From Adineta vaga (lineage: Eukaryota > Animalia > Rotifera), in NCBI GenBank assembly GCA_021613535.1, contig CP075492.1:15190001-15254000 (forward strand): a DNA stretch of 64,000 nucleotides. Reading direction: 5' to 3'. This document shows, piece after piece, positions 14,132 to 27,129 of this stretch (positions are counted from its first letter, which is position 1; each line of letters begins with the position of its first letter). A model generated the notes under the pieces. The model did no database searches and was not told the origin of the DNA. It saw nothing but the letters and a program-made list of their open reading frames with translations. The translations under genes were made by a program, and so were the position numbers.

Positions 14132-16193
14132 ATGATAGGACACAGTGAATGGTCATCAGAAGAAATGTCCAATTTAGAGGAGACTGTCCACACTCGAACG
14201 AATCAGAATACTATAAGAAATGTCTCTTCGAGTAAGAGATTCTTTATCGTTCTTATTTAACTGTACTATGTTGAATGATTTTCAGTTCATACTTCGAAAA
14301 AAACACGATTCATTTTAGTTGGCGTAATTATTGGAAGTCTAATTGCTGGAATTGGTTTGGCAACAGTGCTGACAATGTACATTGATGATCAGTCAAAGAA
14401 AAGTATTTAAAGACGAATCATTAGTTGATTGAAAAACCTATAATCTAAGTTTCAATTCTTAGTGACAATCACAACGCAAACAACAAGCACTTCCGCAACC
14501 AGCACAAGTTCATCATCAAGTACTTCAACAACAAGTACCAGTTCTTCAACAAGTACTTCCACAACTAGTACAAGTTCATCTACAAGCACTTCGACAACAA
14601 GTCATTTCATTCAGTATAAACATAATGTTAATGCATCGTTTTCTCTTTAGGTACAAGTACATCGACGAGCACTTCATCCACCAGTACTACAAGTAATCAT
14701 ATCGATCTATTCTTCCACTAAACTTTAATTAATTTTATTTGTATAGCGTCAACATCACCTGCACCTCTTTCTTATATTTTCTGGTCGTTTGACTCAAATT
14801 TTAATGATATGTACAATGTCTACAATGGTATTGGAATGAATAGCGTAAGTTTTATCTCACCTGGATATAATGGATATGGATCAGCATTGTCACTCGTGGA
14901 GCAAATTCTCAATATGTTCTCGTATTGAATTATAAAGATATGACTTATACAAGTTTTACATGGGAAATGTGGTCATATCCAATCAATTTAGGTAAGTTAA
15001 TACATTTCTATATTAGTGACATAATCAAACTTATTTCATTAGATAATTATGATAATTTGATGCTTGGTATGTGCGAGACAACAACTCAGAATAAATGCAT
15101 GTATTTGATGATACGAACGAATTGCACTTACTTTGCCTTTTTCAATAATGATTGTCATGGCTCAACAGTTGTCTTAACGAATCGTTGGTATCACATTGCA
15201 TTTGTTTATGATTATGTTACTCTAACTCAATATATCTATTTGAATGGTGTTCTGGAATGTACACACAGTTCATCAGCCCCATTCCAGGCGACAAATGGAG
15301 CAATGACGATTGGAGCGATTAATAATACAGGAACATCACCAGCAGCATTCTGGACAGGTTATATTGATCAAATGTCATATGTATCACGAGCAAAAAATGC
15401 GACAGAAATCCTCACAGATGCAACTCTTGTTGCTTATTATTCGTTTGATAATGGTTCATTCTATGATTTAGGACCGAACCAAATCATTGGAGTATGTCAA
15501 AGATAAAATATTATCATATTTTAATTTTTCTGTCTTTTTTTTTCTCCAGGCAGGTGTCAATGTAGTTGCAACTACGGGTCGTGTCGGTCAATCTCTTCTT
15601 TTGAATGATTCTAGTGCTTATTTTCAAGCAGGTGGATTTACTCTTTTGGGTGTGTGGGGTCAACCATATTCAATATCACTTTGGGTCAACAAACCACCAT
15701 CTACCAGTCCTGGTGGAACTCTAGTACATGTTTCAGGAAGGTGTGAAATACAACTTCACATTTACACATATCTATTGCATTTATTTTCTGATGATACTAT
15801 TTATTTAGTTCGAATGGAACATTGTGGTGTATACCTATGTTAGGTTTGTCTTCATTAGACGAAATTATTGGTCAAAGTTGGAATTCTTCAATGATAGATG
15901 TAATAGGTCCTGTTCTTCAAGCAGGTGTTTGGAATCATATTGTTACATCGTACAGTATGACGAATGGTGTTCGTTTGTGGATTAATGGGACTTTGATGGG
16001 CTCTTCACCAACATTTACGTATGCAGCATCAAGTTCACCTAATTGGATTACAGTTGGGACAACATTTCCAGCGGCAATGTCATGTGCACATGGCAGTGTT
16101 TCAGTTGGACAATTCTATGGTATGATCGATGAATTGAGAGTGTATTCACGAGAACTCACTGCTAGTGATGTCAGTGCGTTAGCCAATGCTTGA
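14132..16193 (+). CDS. Type II membrane protein with Thr/Ser-rich stalk and two LamG/concanavalin-A domains; one apparent frameshift at about 14898
   Basis: TM segment FILVGVIIGSLIAGIGLATVL and T/S repeats. FWSFD...SPGYNGYGSAL, WYHIAFVY...IYLNG...GYIDQM and WNHIVTSY...LWING...GMIDELRVYSREL. Confidence 0.8.
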
Positions 16194-16440
16194 AAGCTGC
16201 CATACGAGAAAGATAAAATATTTCTTTTTTTGTATTCTACTTGATAATCTTGTCAACTAAATGTTGAATAAAAAGAACGTATACTAAAAAAATGAAAGTA
16301 AATGTTATTTATTTGAATCTGTACCTAATTGTCGACATTCATTCTCAAGAAGATATAAAAGAAATTTCTATCTCTTTGCATTCTACGATCTAATATAAGA
16401 AATAATTTTAATAATTTTAATAAATTAAATTATAATTTAT

Positions 16441-17151
16441 TTAGCATGATTGTGGACAATAAGTCGGAATAACATAATCACTATCGCTCGCACGAGGAGT
16501 GAAATTAAAAACTTCAATAGTACGAGTAGACAATGAAACTAATTGACCAGTACTTGTTATGGTTTCTCGATTGACAATATCTTCATGAACTAATGCACAC
16601 AATGGAACATTGCTATGTTTGTTAGAAAAATTTTGAGCGATAAAATTATGAGTATTTTGAATGGTATTGTCACCAACAATGCTGGTACTATTAGATCTAT
16701 ATAACTGAGCTTTGAATCCTACACCGATGCTAATATTATCGACAAATTGTAGTGCATCTGTAACACAAGTAATATGATAGATACCAGATGGTTTGGTGGT
16801 TTTTTTGCAAGTACATTGTTTAGAATCATATGTCAATTCAAAACCAAGAAGAGATGTTTTGTTAGTAATAAAACCAAGAGTGGTTCCTTCAAAGAATGGT
16901 CCTGTACCGTAAGGTTCTGCATGAAAATCGATACGATATCGATAGTTGTCTAAATCAGGATAGTGTATGTATGACATGATGATATTGCTCGTAGTACAAC
17001 CAGCTGTTGTACAATTGTTCAAACTGACAGAAGAGTCGCGTACATGCACACGATGACCTCTTGGCATGCAACAAATATCAGATTCTCCTGCTGCGACATA
17101 AATAGATATTAAGGTAATTAATAAGATTATAGCACTGGTGTAGCTGAACAT
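16441..17151 (-). CDS. Secreted ependymin-related protein
   Basis: Signal peptide, CCxP, DxxNxRxR, CxK, and a C-terminal FNFTP...IPxxC pattern typical of EPDR proteins. Confidence 0.65.
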   Translation of the reverse strand: MFSYTSAIILLITLISIYVAAGESDICCMPRGHRVHVRDSSVSLNNCTTAGCTTSNIIMSYIHYPDLDNYRYRIDFHAEPYGTGPFFEGTTLGFITNKTSLLGFELTYDSKQCTCKKTTKPSGIYHITCVTDALQFVDNISIGVGFKAQLYRSNSTSIVGDNTIQNTHNFIAQNFSNKHSNVPLCALVHEDIVNRETITSTGQLVSLSTRTIEVFNFTPRASDSDYVIPTYCPQSC

Positions 17152-18112
17152 CCTATATATTGAGAAAATAATCTAAAAATACAATACAGTTGTTTTACGA
17201 GAGATATCTCTTACGCATCCTCGACTTATATAATGCAAACTATCTTTCTACTAAATGAATTGAAAACGCAGTAGTCATTTAAGAGCAATCTCTTGTAAAA
17301 CAAAACCATATGTTTTCATTCTCAAATACATGATTCAGCTAGGAGAATCCTTTTCTTTTCTTTATATACTTGCTGTGTAATTCTGACGAGAGAAAAATTA
17401 GCATGAGTAAAAAAGCAGATGATAAAATCAATAGTTTCCATTGTCATCATCATGAGTAATAATAACATAGCAAAAATCAGTTTTCAATAAAAATCAATAT
17501 CTATAGTATCGTCAGATTGTAATTGTATAATTTCTTCCATACAATTTTGAGACGTATAGAGAGAGAACAAAGCAGAACGATATAACACGCGCGTATAAGG
17601 CAAAATTCCAATTCACATCTTTTGAAATAATCTTTCAGAATCGAATGTGCATCGTTGTATATATGAGTAAAATGTCGGAAAGAGTAATATATGGTATCAA
17701 CTCGCTATTATATATACGTATCTCTTTCTTAGTATTAGACACATACAGATTTACTACGCCTCATCGATTTCTAATGATATAACTATTCTATTGATTAGAA
17801 AAAACAAGAAAATAATTTCCTGCCATATATTATGTATAATTGTCTTTCTCTTTCTGTTCTCTTTTGGATGCTCTACATCATTACAATAATTATACCACGT
17901 TGCAATGATATACACATGTGGCAATATTTCAATATGAAATCGATGATTTGAAAGTAATGTTTATACATCGTTGTCAATTTTCCGCATATTCCATTTTTAC
18001 ACGTCATTCGACGAGGATTTGTTTATTAGGATTTACGAATTATATTAAGTAATCTACACCTTCACAAACAACAATAACTATAAACTATTCACAACGAAGC
18101 GCATATAAAATA

Positions 18113-19247
18113 TCATTTTCTAGTTGTTAATTGCATTACATTTGTATTTATGAATGAATTCGTTAATCGACAACATTTGAATAAATGCATAAGTTCTGAT
18201 CGAAATAATCGACTTGATAGTGTAAAAACATAGAAACTTGTACAAGCACATGTAAGTGTTGATAAACCAGCGATATTTGAAAAAACATTATCTTTAGCAT
18301 TTTGAAGGGCATCTGAAACTATAGAATTTCTTAATGCACTATAAAGATAAAAGATTGAAACAGGAGTTGTTAACAAACTAAAATAAAGACATTGAACAAA
18401 CATCATTTTGATTAATTGTCGATCAGTTGTCTTTCCAAGTTTCAATCGGTTTTCAACTTGTGTAATTTGGGGTGACGATGCAATTTTTGTTCTTGATTGT
18501 CGAACATGTCGAATGGTCAGTGACCCAAAAATGAGCATAATCAATGATGGACATAGACTATAGATTAACAAATTCCAAATGCCACTAAAAAGTGGATATG
18601 TCGTTTGACTTGCAGGACATTTTGTTCGTGTTTGAATGTTTTCAAAATGAATTGGTACATAAATATAGAACAGACCAACAACTATAGGCATTAATACAGT
18701 AGTACGAGAGGCGACTCGAACATTACTCCATCTTCGTATTGTAGCAGATGATGAACTGCACAGAAAACTATAAAAAAAATCAATCAAATTTAAGGAGTAC
18801 AAGACGAAATTATCAATTGACTTATCTTACTTACCGATCGATAGAAGCAAGAACGATAAACCAAGATGCATTACATCTAAAACAATGAAATAAAGAATAC
18901 TACTGATGGTAGTACCAGAAAAGTGTTTACCTTGCACAAAACACAATGAATGAAAGAATTTTACATGATGTAGTTGAATATCCAAATGGACTATATGCTG
19001 GGTAAATAACTTGAATTAAACGAAACAAAACATTGAAATAAATAACAATTATTCCACTTATTGTTGCTGCTAAAAGATAACGTGTACATGGATTTGAACG
19101 AAGAATTGGACGTGTAAATACATAAATATTCAATGAATGACCAATAGTACCAAGAGAAATTAATAAATAAGACCAGATTTGATAACAAATATGATTAATA
19201 TAGATTATAGAATTTATTTCAGCAAGAGTCGCATTGGATGTAGACAT
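18113..19247 (-). CDS. Orphan class-A GPCR, 3 exons
   Basis: LRSNPCTRYL, CKILSF, LASIDR|FLCSS and FYVFTLSSRLFR; GT-AG introns. Confidence 0.85.
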
Positions 19248-20268
19248 ATTCTTATTCGAATAATATTAAAATATCTAAAATTATTCGCTGTACTCATTAA
19301 CTTCAATGTTCACTTTCGATGAAACTATTTTCATATCTATATCAAATGGTTATACAACACGGATTAATTAAGTTTCTTCTCTTTATATCTCGGAAGCTAT
19401 TATATGCGGAAGAGATTGCAGAGCACAGAAAATCTATAAAAAGAAAAATAAGCGACATGCTTTTATTGCTCATTTATTTTCTAATAAAAATAAATGAGCA
19501 ATTTTGTCAATATTACTTTCAAAAGATACACATTGTGACAATGTTCTATTAAACATTGTTAATACGACAAGTTTCGATTGAATCTCTGCGAATGTATCTT
19601 TCCAAAAAGAAACATTGTATTCTCATTTATTTAAGTTTCTGCATATGACAGAGTAAGAGTAATCCCATAGTTTTTCTAATGTGTTTTGTTTTACAGTTTA
19701 AACTACTGCTGATGCTCCTTATGAATATGTCAAAAGAGATAATTCTATTGAAGCTTCTTTGTGATAAATACTAAATGACATGCCAGAAATGCATTGTGAG
19801 TGAATTAAAAATAAATCAAATTAACAGTAGAATAAAATGTTGGTAAAAATGAAATCTATTTTGTATTTTGAATGGTGCTGACATTGTTTTTCAGTATTGA
19901 CATGTCTGACGTCAGAAATATTTCATGCTCAGTGTATTAATTGATAATTTCATCGCAGTTTTTTTTTCAATATTATTATCGCTTGCGACTTCATTATCGA
20001 ATGGATGTTCTCTTTTTATTCTTTTCCATACACTTCTTTCCGAAAGACAAATGTTAGTAACGGAATATGTGATCATCGAGTATAATATCCCATGTATTTG
20101 GCGTGATATAGACACATGCAATGAAAACGTTTTCTTTGCGACTATATATACAGAAAAATATCAATGGAATGAAATATGAATTCATAGTTGCTTTCATCTG
20201 AATATTTGGAAAAGGAAAATTTAATCAAAAAGAAATACCACCTTAGAAAAGTGCGAATAATTTTTCCG

Positions 20269-21225
20269 TAATATAATAAATAGCTCTAAGGTAAAAATCC
20301 CAAGATCGAATGATGTGGAGGCTGATATTTATTTAATCTTCATTTTCGGTTTGGTAATATACTTGTTATTCATAAAGTGTAAGATTGTATGATAGCTGCG
20401 CCTATCAATCAATCATACTTAAATTCGAGTCAAAACCGATATATTTGTCAAATGGTTAAATCTAAAGAAGCAATATCAGCATTGAATTATTTTCCATGGA
20501 ATCAAACTTGTCAATTATTTTATTTGAATGTATCTGAATCCATGAAACTCACTATACTATGCTTCATGCTTGCGTCACTAATAATGATAAGTCGAGAAAA
20601 ATGTAACTTTAAGCAAATGCTTCTTTGATGTTTTTGTCTTGTTCTATTATTCTTCGTTAAAGCTGCATCTGTATCAACGTCAACCACCGTAATGGATACA
20701 TCGGTCTCATATACAACAACAATTGCACCGATACCATCATCAATACCAGTAACAACAACAGTTGGTTAGTAATATCTGATATGAGTTGTTATATTTTTCA
20801 TCATGAACTAATCAATGATTTATATAATTCTTCTAAGAAGAGTTTTGCTTAAATGGTATTGATATTGATCTAAAAGGCAGAGTAACTTACAAGGAAGTCT
20901 AATGAACTGTACAGCTTTTGTAAATAAGCAAATATAAAACTAATATTCGTCTATTGTTTACTTATAATTGAGATAAAATCTTCTAGATTCAGTAAAATTG
21001 AATACTTTAATGCTGACTAAGTACCACAAAAGGTATAGAAAAAGAGGTTTTTTTTATTTGATAGCTTGTGACAACAGCAATATGTTTGATTATCAAAATA
21101 CTCACTTAACTGGATCATTATCATATGGAGTTGTTATAGAAAATGTCAATAATGACAACGAACCTGCTATTATTGTCGTAAATTATTATATTCAAACACC
21201 ATCAGCATTCTATTTAATATCATAA
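20269..21225 (+). pseudogene. Degraded apple/PAN-like, Thr-rich and FG-GAP repeat gene
   Basis: Fragments ICQMVKS..ISALNYFPWNQTCQLF, a Thr-rich exon, and TGSLSYGVVIENVNNDNEPAIIVVNY (FG-GAP-like). Not continuous. Confidence 0.45.
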
Positions 21226-21643
21226 AATTTTGCTTTAAATATTCTCAAGTGATCAGTCTTAACTAGGATCAGTAGTGAGAAATGACGTGATTATTCTTAG
21301 TTCTGTACATCTGAATGACATACTCACATCACTTTGATATGTGCGTGAGTGTCAAACCAAACATTAACTAATTGTTTGCGTTTCTTGTTCTAGTGTGAAC
21401 TATATTCCTATTGACTTCATTTTGCCATGCTCTTGCATGTTTCTTCACGTATTTTTAATTTCTTTTTTCTTTTCTTTGCCATGTAATCGTTCTTTTGCAT
21501 AGAAAAATTCACATATAACTCTATAAAATAATGAGAAAGAAAAAAACCACGTGTTGATCCAGTAAACAGGTTTCTTTTCTGTTCTACTCACACTAACGAC
21601 CTTTCTTTCTTTTTTTTACATTAAGATATTTTGAAAGAGTAAA

Positions 21644-22039
21644 ATGTCTCAAGAATCTTATTGGACAATTACACATGGTCATGCAAATCGAACTGGTTGG
21701 AGTTGCCGAGAATGTCGTGTGGTCATCCAACAAGGTGAACCCATTGTTATACGTGATGGACGGAAACTTCGTTTAATGTATCATGAAAATTGTTATAGTG
21801 GTGGTTCAGACCCACGCACACAAGATGGTAGTTCTTATCATGATCAGAAATGGACCAATACTCAATCGATTCAAACAAAAGCACCACCCGTCAAAGGATA
21901 TGGAAAATGGAGTTGTAGTGAATATGGTTATAAAGGTGATTTATATGTAACATCTTCTCATATAAACAATAAAAAATCATCAGCGTCACGATCACCTCTT
22001 CGAAAACTGGCAGATAAAACCTCATCGAAACACAAATAG
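21644..22039 (+). CDS. Small intronless protein with a PARP-type zinc-finger-like domain
   Basis: CRECRVVIQQGE...YHENC (CxxC-x~25-HxxC) followed by a basic tail. Confidence 0.65.
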   Translation: MSQESYWTITHGHANRTGWSCRECRVVIQQGEPIVIRDGRKLRLMYHENCYSGGSDPRTQDGSSYHDQKWTNTQSIQTKAPPVKGYGKWSCSEYGYKGDLYVTSSHINNKKSSASRSPLRKLADKTSSKHK

Positions 22040-22097
22040 TTGTTAAATAAATATGATATTTTTACTGACACTCTCAAATAGTTTATATACTTCATCT

Positions 22098-22640
22098 TTA
22101 GGTCCAGGATACATAACGAAAGTTAGAATCCAAATCAGTAGTGGAATCAGTTTCTGAATCAATATTGTTCAACTTTTCTGTTTGCTTTTGTATATCCCAA
22201 CGAGCATTTTCACAACGTAGATTTAAGTAGAATGTAGTAGCAATAATGACAGCGAAACCATTAAATGCTAAATTTAGTCCGAATCCTTTACGCCAAAGTG
22301 GTCGATCGATGGAAGGCAAAATAAAAGTTGCAAGAATTGAAAAATATTAGCCCATCGTATTGAGCATGCCCAAAGAAACAGCTCGTTGAGATCCATCGGG
22401 TTCATTGTTTGACACCCAACTAAGCAATAGTGGAACAGCAACACAAACATATGGAGGTACTGAATAAAGTTGTGCTTGTGCATTGGTATATTCAAGAGAT
22501 GTGATGATTGTTGGTAAGAAGCCAGAAATAGAACTAAGCGTCAAATTGGCACCGAGACAAATAACCTCACACATATACATTTTGTAATTTGTAAAAGCTC
22601 GTTGGAAGCCCACCCAATTGAACTCCTGATGAATACACAT
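22098..22640 (-). pseudogene. Fungal-type MFS (Dal5/Tna1 anion:cation symporter) C-terminal fragment
   Basis: FLPTIITSL.YTNAQAQLYSVPPY, WVSNN...QRAVSLGMLNTMG, ENAR and DLDSNFRY. Internal deletions, frameshifts, and no N-terminal half. Confidence 0.7.
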
Positions 22641-23197
22641 AATTATATAACCTTCGTAATATTTTACTCAGTGATTCATATATTACGCTGTTGTCTAACA
22701 TATGCTCGACAGATGAAGAATAAGTTTATTCATTATTACCTGCACCAGCAGGGCGTCATCGGAATATATTAGATATCACATAATCAATCCTTTTCTCTAT
22801 CATAAGTGTTGATATCATAAGATGTAGGCGGTGTGAAAAGTGCTAATATTTACAACGAATGAAATTAATAAACGGTATCGAAAAGAAAGCATCATCTAAT
22901 CTGTTATAATACTGTACATGATTCTTATAAGTTTTTGAAGTGTTTGTTAATCAAAGTGCATCACATAGCTGATAAAATATATTTAAAGACCTGTTATTCT
23001 TTGCAATTGATAAAAGACTTATTTTGATAAGCTTAACATTATATTCTGCTACAATCTATAATCTAATATTGTATTATTCTACAGTTAAGAGAGAGAGAGA
23101 TGAATGACCTACATTATCTTGGCATACATTACTATATAGACAGTGACTACAGCAGAATTTGTTCTTTTTTACGTTTAGATTTCTTTTGGAACAAAAC

Positions 23198-24729
23198 ATG
23201 TCTAGAAACCAAGTTTTCAATGAGCAAATTATTGAAAATAATCGATCGCGGAAATGGTCACGTCGACGTCGCATTACAGTCATCATCTTAATCATCATTT
23301 TAATCATTTGTGGACTCATACTTGGCCTTCTATTATATTTCGTTATTCTTCCACAGAAAGAAACGGAAACTATTCCTATAACTATCAATATAACAGAATT
23401 TTCATCATTACCAACATTCACAACAACAACAACAACAACAACAACTACAATATCGACGACAAGTTTTACGATCACAGCAGTATCTACAACTGATTTTGAG
23501 ACAACATCAGAATCATCTACGATACCATTTAGTATTGTATCGATGATCACAACAGCAATGCCCATAACTGAATATGAGACAACATCAAAAACATCTGCGA
23601 TTATTGTTCAGCATCCAGGTAAGCATTGAAATAAGATTTAGAGTACGTATGACGTTTTTCTTCTAGAAGATTTAAGTTTTTATGAGATGAACAATACTTC
23701 TACTATTCAAAATAAATTTATTCAAATATTTACATCTAGGATGGTGAATACTGGAGATTAATTCATGCACGAGTGTCGCATAGTGCATCGCTATTAACAA
23801 ATGGACATGTATTGGTTACTGGTGGTCATAACAATGGTTTTCTCAATGTTGCTGAATTATATGATCCATCACTGGGTATGTGGACATTAATTGCTCCTAT
23901 GAATGAAGGACGACAAGGCCATACATCAACTTTATTAACAAATGGAACAGTACTTGTCATAGGTGGTTCTAATCAAAAGAGTGCTGAATTATATGATCCC
24001 ATCGCAAACATTTGGACAACTACTGCTCCAATGAATTCTGCACGGCAATGGCATACAGCATCTATATTAACGGATGGAAATGTGCTAGTTACTGGCGGAC
24101 GTTTTTATACTGATTATCATAATACGGTTGAATTCTTTGATTCATCAACAGGTCTATGGACATTAACTTCACCTATGAATCATGCACGACAAGGTCATAA
24201 AGCAGTAACTATAAATAGAAAAGTATTAATCGTCGGTGGCTATGATAGTAATGGTTATTTGAATAGTGCTGAAGTTTATGATCCATCAACAAAAGTATGG
24301 ATATTAACTACAACTATGCATTATGCACGACATGGCCATACAATATCGGTACTTAATGACGGAAGAGTATTAGTTACTGGTGGAGTAGATGGTGGTTATT
24401 CAAATGGTGCTGAGATTTATGATCCATCGGCAGATACATGGACATTAACTACTAGTATGCATCATGCACGATTCGATCATGTTGCTTCATTACTACGAAA
24501 TGGAAAAGTGTTAGTAACTGGTGGATATAATAACATTCAGGCACTGGATAGTGCTGAAATATATGATCCAAGAACAGAAATATGGACTTTAACCTATAGT
24601 ATGAACTACAAACGACAGGGTCCTACAGCAACAGTTTTATCCGATGGCAAAGTACTCATATCAAGTGGATGGAGTGGTAGTGCTAATCTATATAGTGCTG
24701 AATTGTATGAACCAGAATCAGATACTTGA
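23198..24729 (+). CDS. Type II membrane protein with Thr-rich stalk and Kelch/galactose-oxidase-type beta-propeller; apparent frameshift at about 23758
   Basis: TM segment ITVIILIIILIICGLILGLLLYFVIL and poly-Thr. About 7 repeats of HTASLLxNGxVLVTGG...AELYDP..G.W. Confidence 0.8.
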
Positions 24730-24869
24730 CATAAATCATTTTTATTTTGATAAAATTTCATGTTAACTAAATATATATATGAATAAAACTTGAGGATAGA
24801 TATGATCAAAGCTGTGCTATTCTTCACTCACACTCACACATCATTTTTATTCATTAGTAATCATAGGTA

Positions 24870-25744
24870 TTATGACATGCCATCGACTATGTAACCATTG
24901 TCGTATTTTCCAATACAAACACAAACTATACCAAATATTGTCGCAATGATATATGCTTGATTGAAACGTTGTTCATATGTATAGGTACATTCACTGGGAG
25001 AACATTGATAATAATATGAACTGAAATTAATTGTATTTATCCAATCCTCGGTAAATAATTGTGAAACAATATTCTCCACTTTCGTATCAGACGAAAAACG
25101 GCTGATAATCAATGGATCAGGTGGAATAACACTACCAACACGTGGGTCTATTGTTATATTGACTAATTCAAACGAACGCCATTGCAAAAGCATTTGAATA
25201 CATGATGCATTGTAAAAACATTGAAGTGTCGATAACAGAAGAGAATCAACTGGTAAACAACTCACAACTAAATCTGGAATTGTTTGATTTAGTTTCGCTG
25301 AATATAACAGACATCTCTGTGTATCAGTACAATAAAAACTTTGAGAACGTGTACAAGAGCTGCATTCGCCATATGAACATCCATTATCTATTATTTTTCT
25401 AGCTAAATTAGTATTTCCTTCATCAGAAGTTGTAAACTGGTAGAGTTCAATAGAAGTCCGAACCAATTGAAATATACCAAGCAAAGATACTATAAAATAT
25501 TCTTTATTTTATTCTATACCTGCTGTTGAATCTGTCTAATCAGTGTTGTTATTTGGATGTCAAATGAATTTCGTGACATAATATGTGCACTAACAAACTG
25601 CTGTTCAAGAAACACTCTTGATTCATTCATCACTGTTTCTTTCGACATTTGACATAATGTTTGAAGTAAAGTGAATACTCTAAAACCTGTTCCACGAAAA
25701 TCAAAACTGAATGATGAACCGCTGATATTGTAAAAATACAGCAA
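24870..25744 (-). pseudogene. Fragment of a Cys-rich multi-TM protein family (expanded in bdelloids)
   Basis: DFRGTG...LQTLCQMSKETV, SLLLSTLQCFYNASCI and YYYQCSPSECTYTY. Appears internally deleted and 5'-truncated. Confidence 0.5.
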
Positions 25745-27129
25745 CCAAGCAAATATCCTCTTTTCTTTTATTCAATGAAAGAAAATGATAGCTTAACGAA
25801 GAAGATCAACTCAAAATGTTATATTTCTTCTATAGACATAATCTATATACTTGACATTTATATCTTATCGAACTTAAATCGACTCAACCACACACAATAA
25901 AACATACTGTATATCTTGACTTTTTCTTGCTGAATTTTCTTGTGTCCAGTAACCATGATTTAAAAAGAAAATCTTTTACAACTGAGCTATAGGTAGAAAA
26001 TGACGAAGTATATGACTTTATCTTTGTAAACAAAACAAAAGGCAATAAAAACACGCTGTAGTTTTATTTCATTTCTTGTGGTGTAAAGATTCCCTCGTCG
26101 TCAATTATTTCCAAATGTCGTCAATGTGTCGATCATTTGGTATATGAATTGTGTGAGAAAAAGAATCATAATCAAGCAAGTGCTACATTTCATACACTCG
26201 ATAAAATATCTCTACCACAGGTTCAGCCAACAAAATAGTGTAAGCAGTATATCATCAAAATCCGTCAACGTTGCCCAAGAAAGTCAAATCAAAGTAGGCT
26301 TTATTAAAATAACGAACAGAATTATTTTTATTATTATTTGCAGACATCTTCAAAGTCATCGTCAATAGTCAACAGTGAAGAATAACTCTGAACAGTCTAC
26401 TAGGTTCTTGTAGTCATGTAGTCGCTGCTGACAAAGAACTAAGTTTTCAATGCCACCAATGTTCAGTCGATTTCAGTGTTTGTATACAATATATGCCTTT
26501 CATGGCCGAACATCATCCATCGATGATTTGAAGCATTGCTTTGCGAATCTTCCGATTTTCTAGAAAATTTCAGCTGATAAAGTGCTAAATCCTAACTCTC
26601 ACTCGGTTGATCTTTGTTTACATGTGCTTATGGTGATTAACAGTTATTCAATTATGACTAACTCTGACCTTTGAGACGTATTTCATTTTTAAAGGCTAAG
26701 CCATTTTGTGTTATTCACATTCATTACTCCATCATTATATATACATGGGAGTGAAGAGTAAAGGTAAATGCCACTCAATAAAAGGGTGGAGTACCTAAAA
26801 AGAGTAAGTATTGTCTATTGATAAATCTCTATTATACTTGCAATGAAAATAGAGGAAGTGTTCTTTATCCTTTATTTGATATCGATATAGATGAGTATTT
26901 GTGAAAAGTGACCTATGATGTGTGAAGCGATGCACATCGTCATTATTACTAACAAAGGTGACCGTAAAATGAAGAGAGAGAGAGAGAGAGAGATGTACGA
27001 AGAGGACAAAAAGAAAAGAAAAATATATAAATCTATCTGACAACTGAATGATTCTGACCTCATCATGAATATGATTAAAAAAGGGAGTGTTCATTTCTAG
27101 ATAGTTGTTAAATTTTGATTTTCTTTCTA

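Noticed and set aside
23074-23565. Poly-Val and poly-Asn ORFs
   Set aside because: Antisense and alternative-frame shadows of the (ACA)n Thr stalk of the Kelch gene.
26350-26600. Possible pseudogene fragment (NRLNIGGIENLVLCQQRL)
   Set aside because: Too short and interrupted to assign.
26972-26994. (GA)n and similar (TA)n microsatellites at about 37636 and 50470
   Set aside because: Ordinary short simple repeats.
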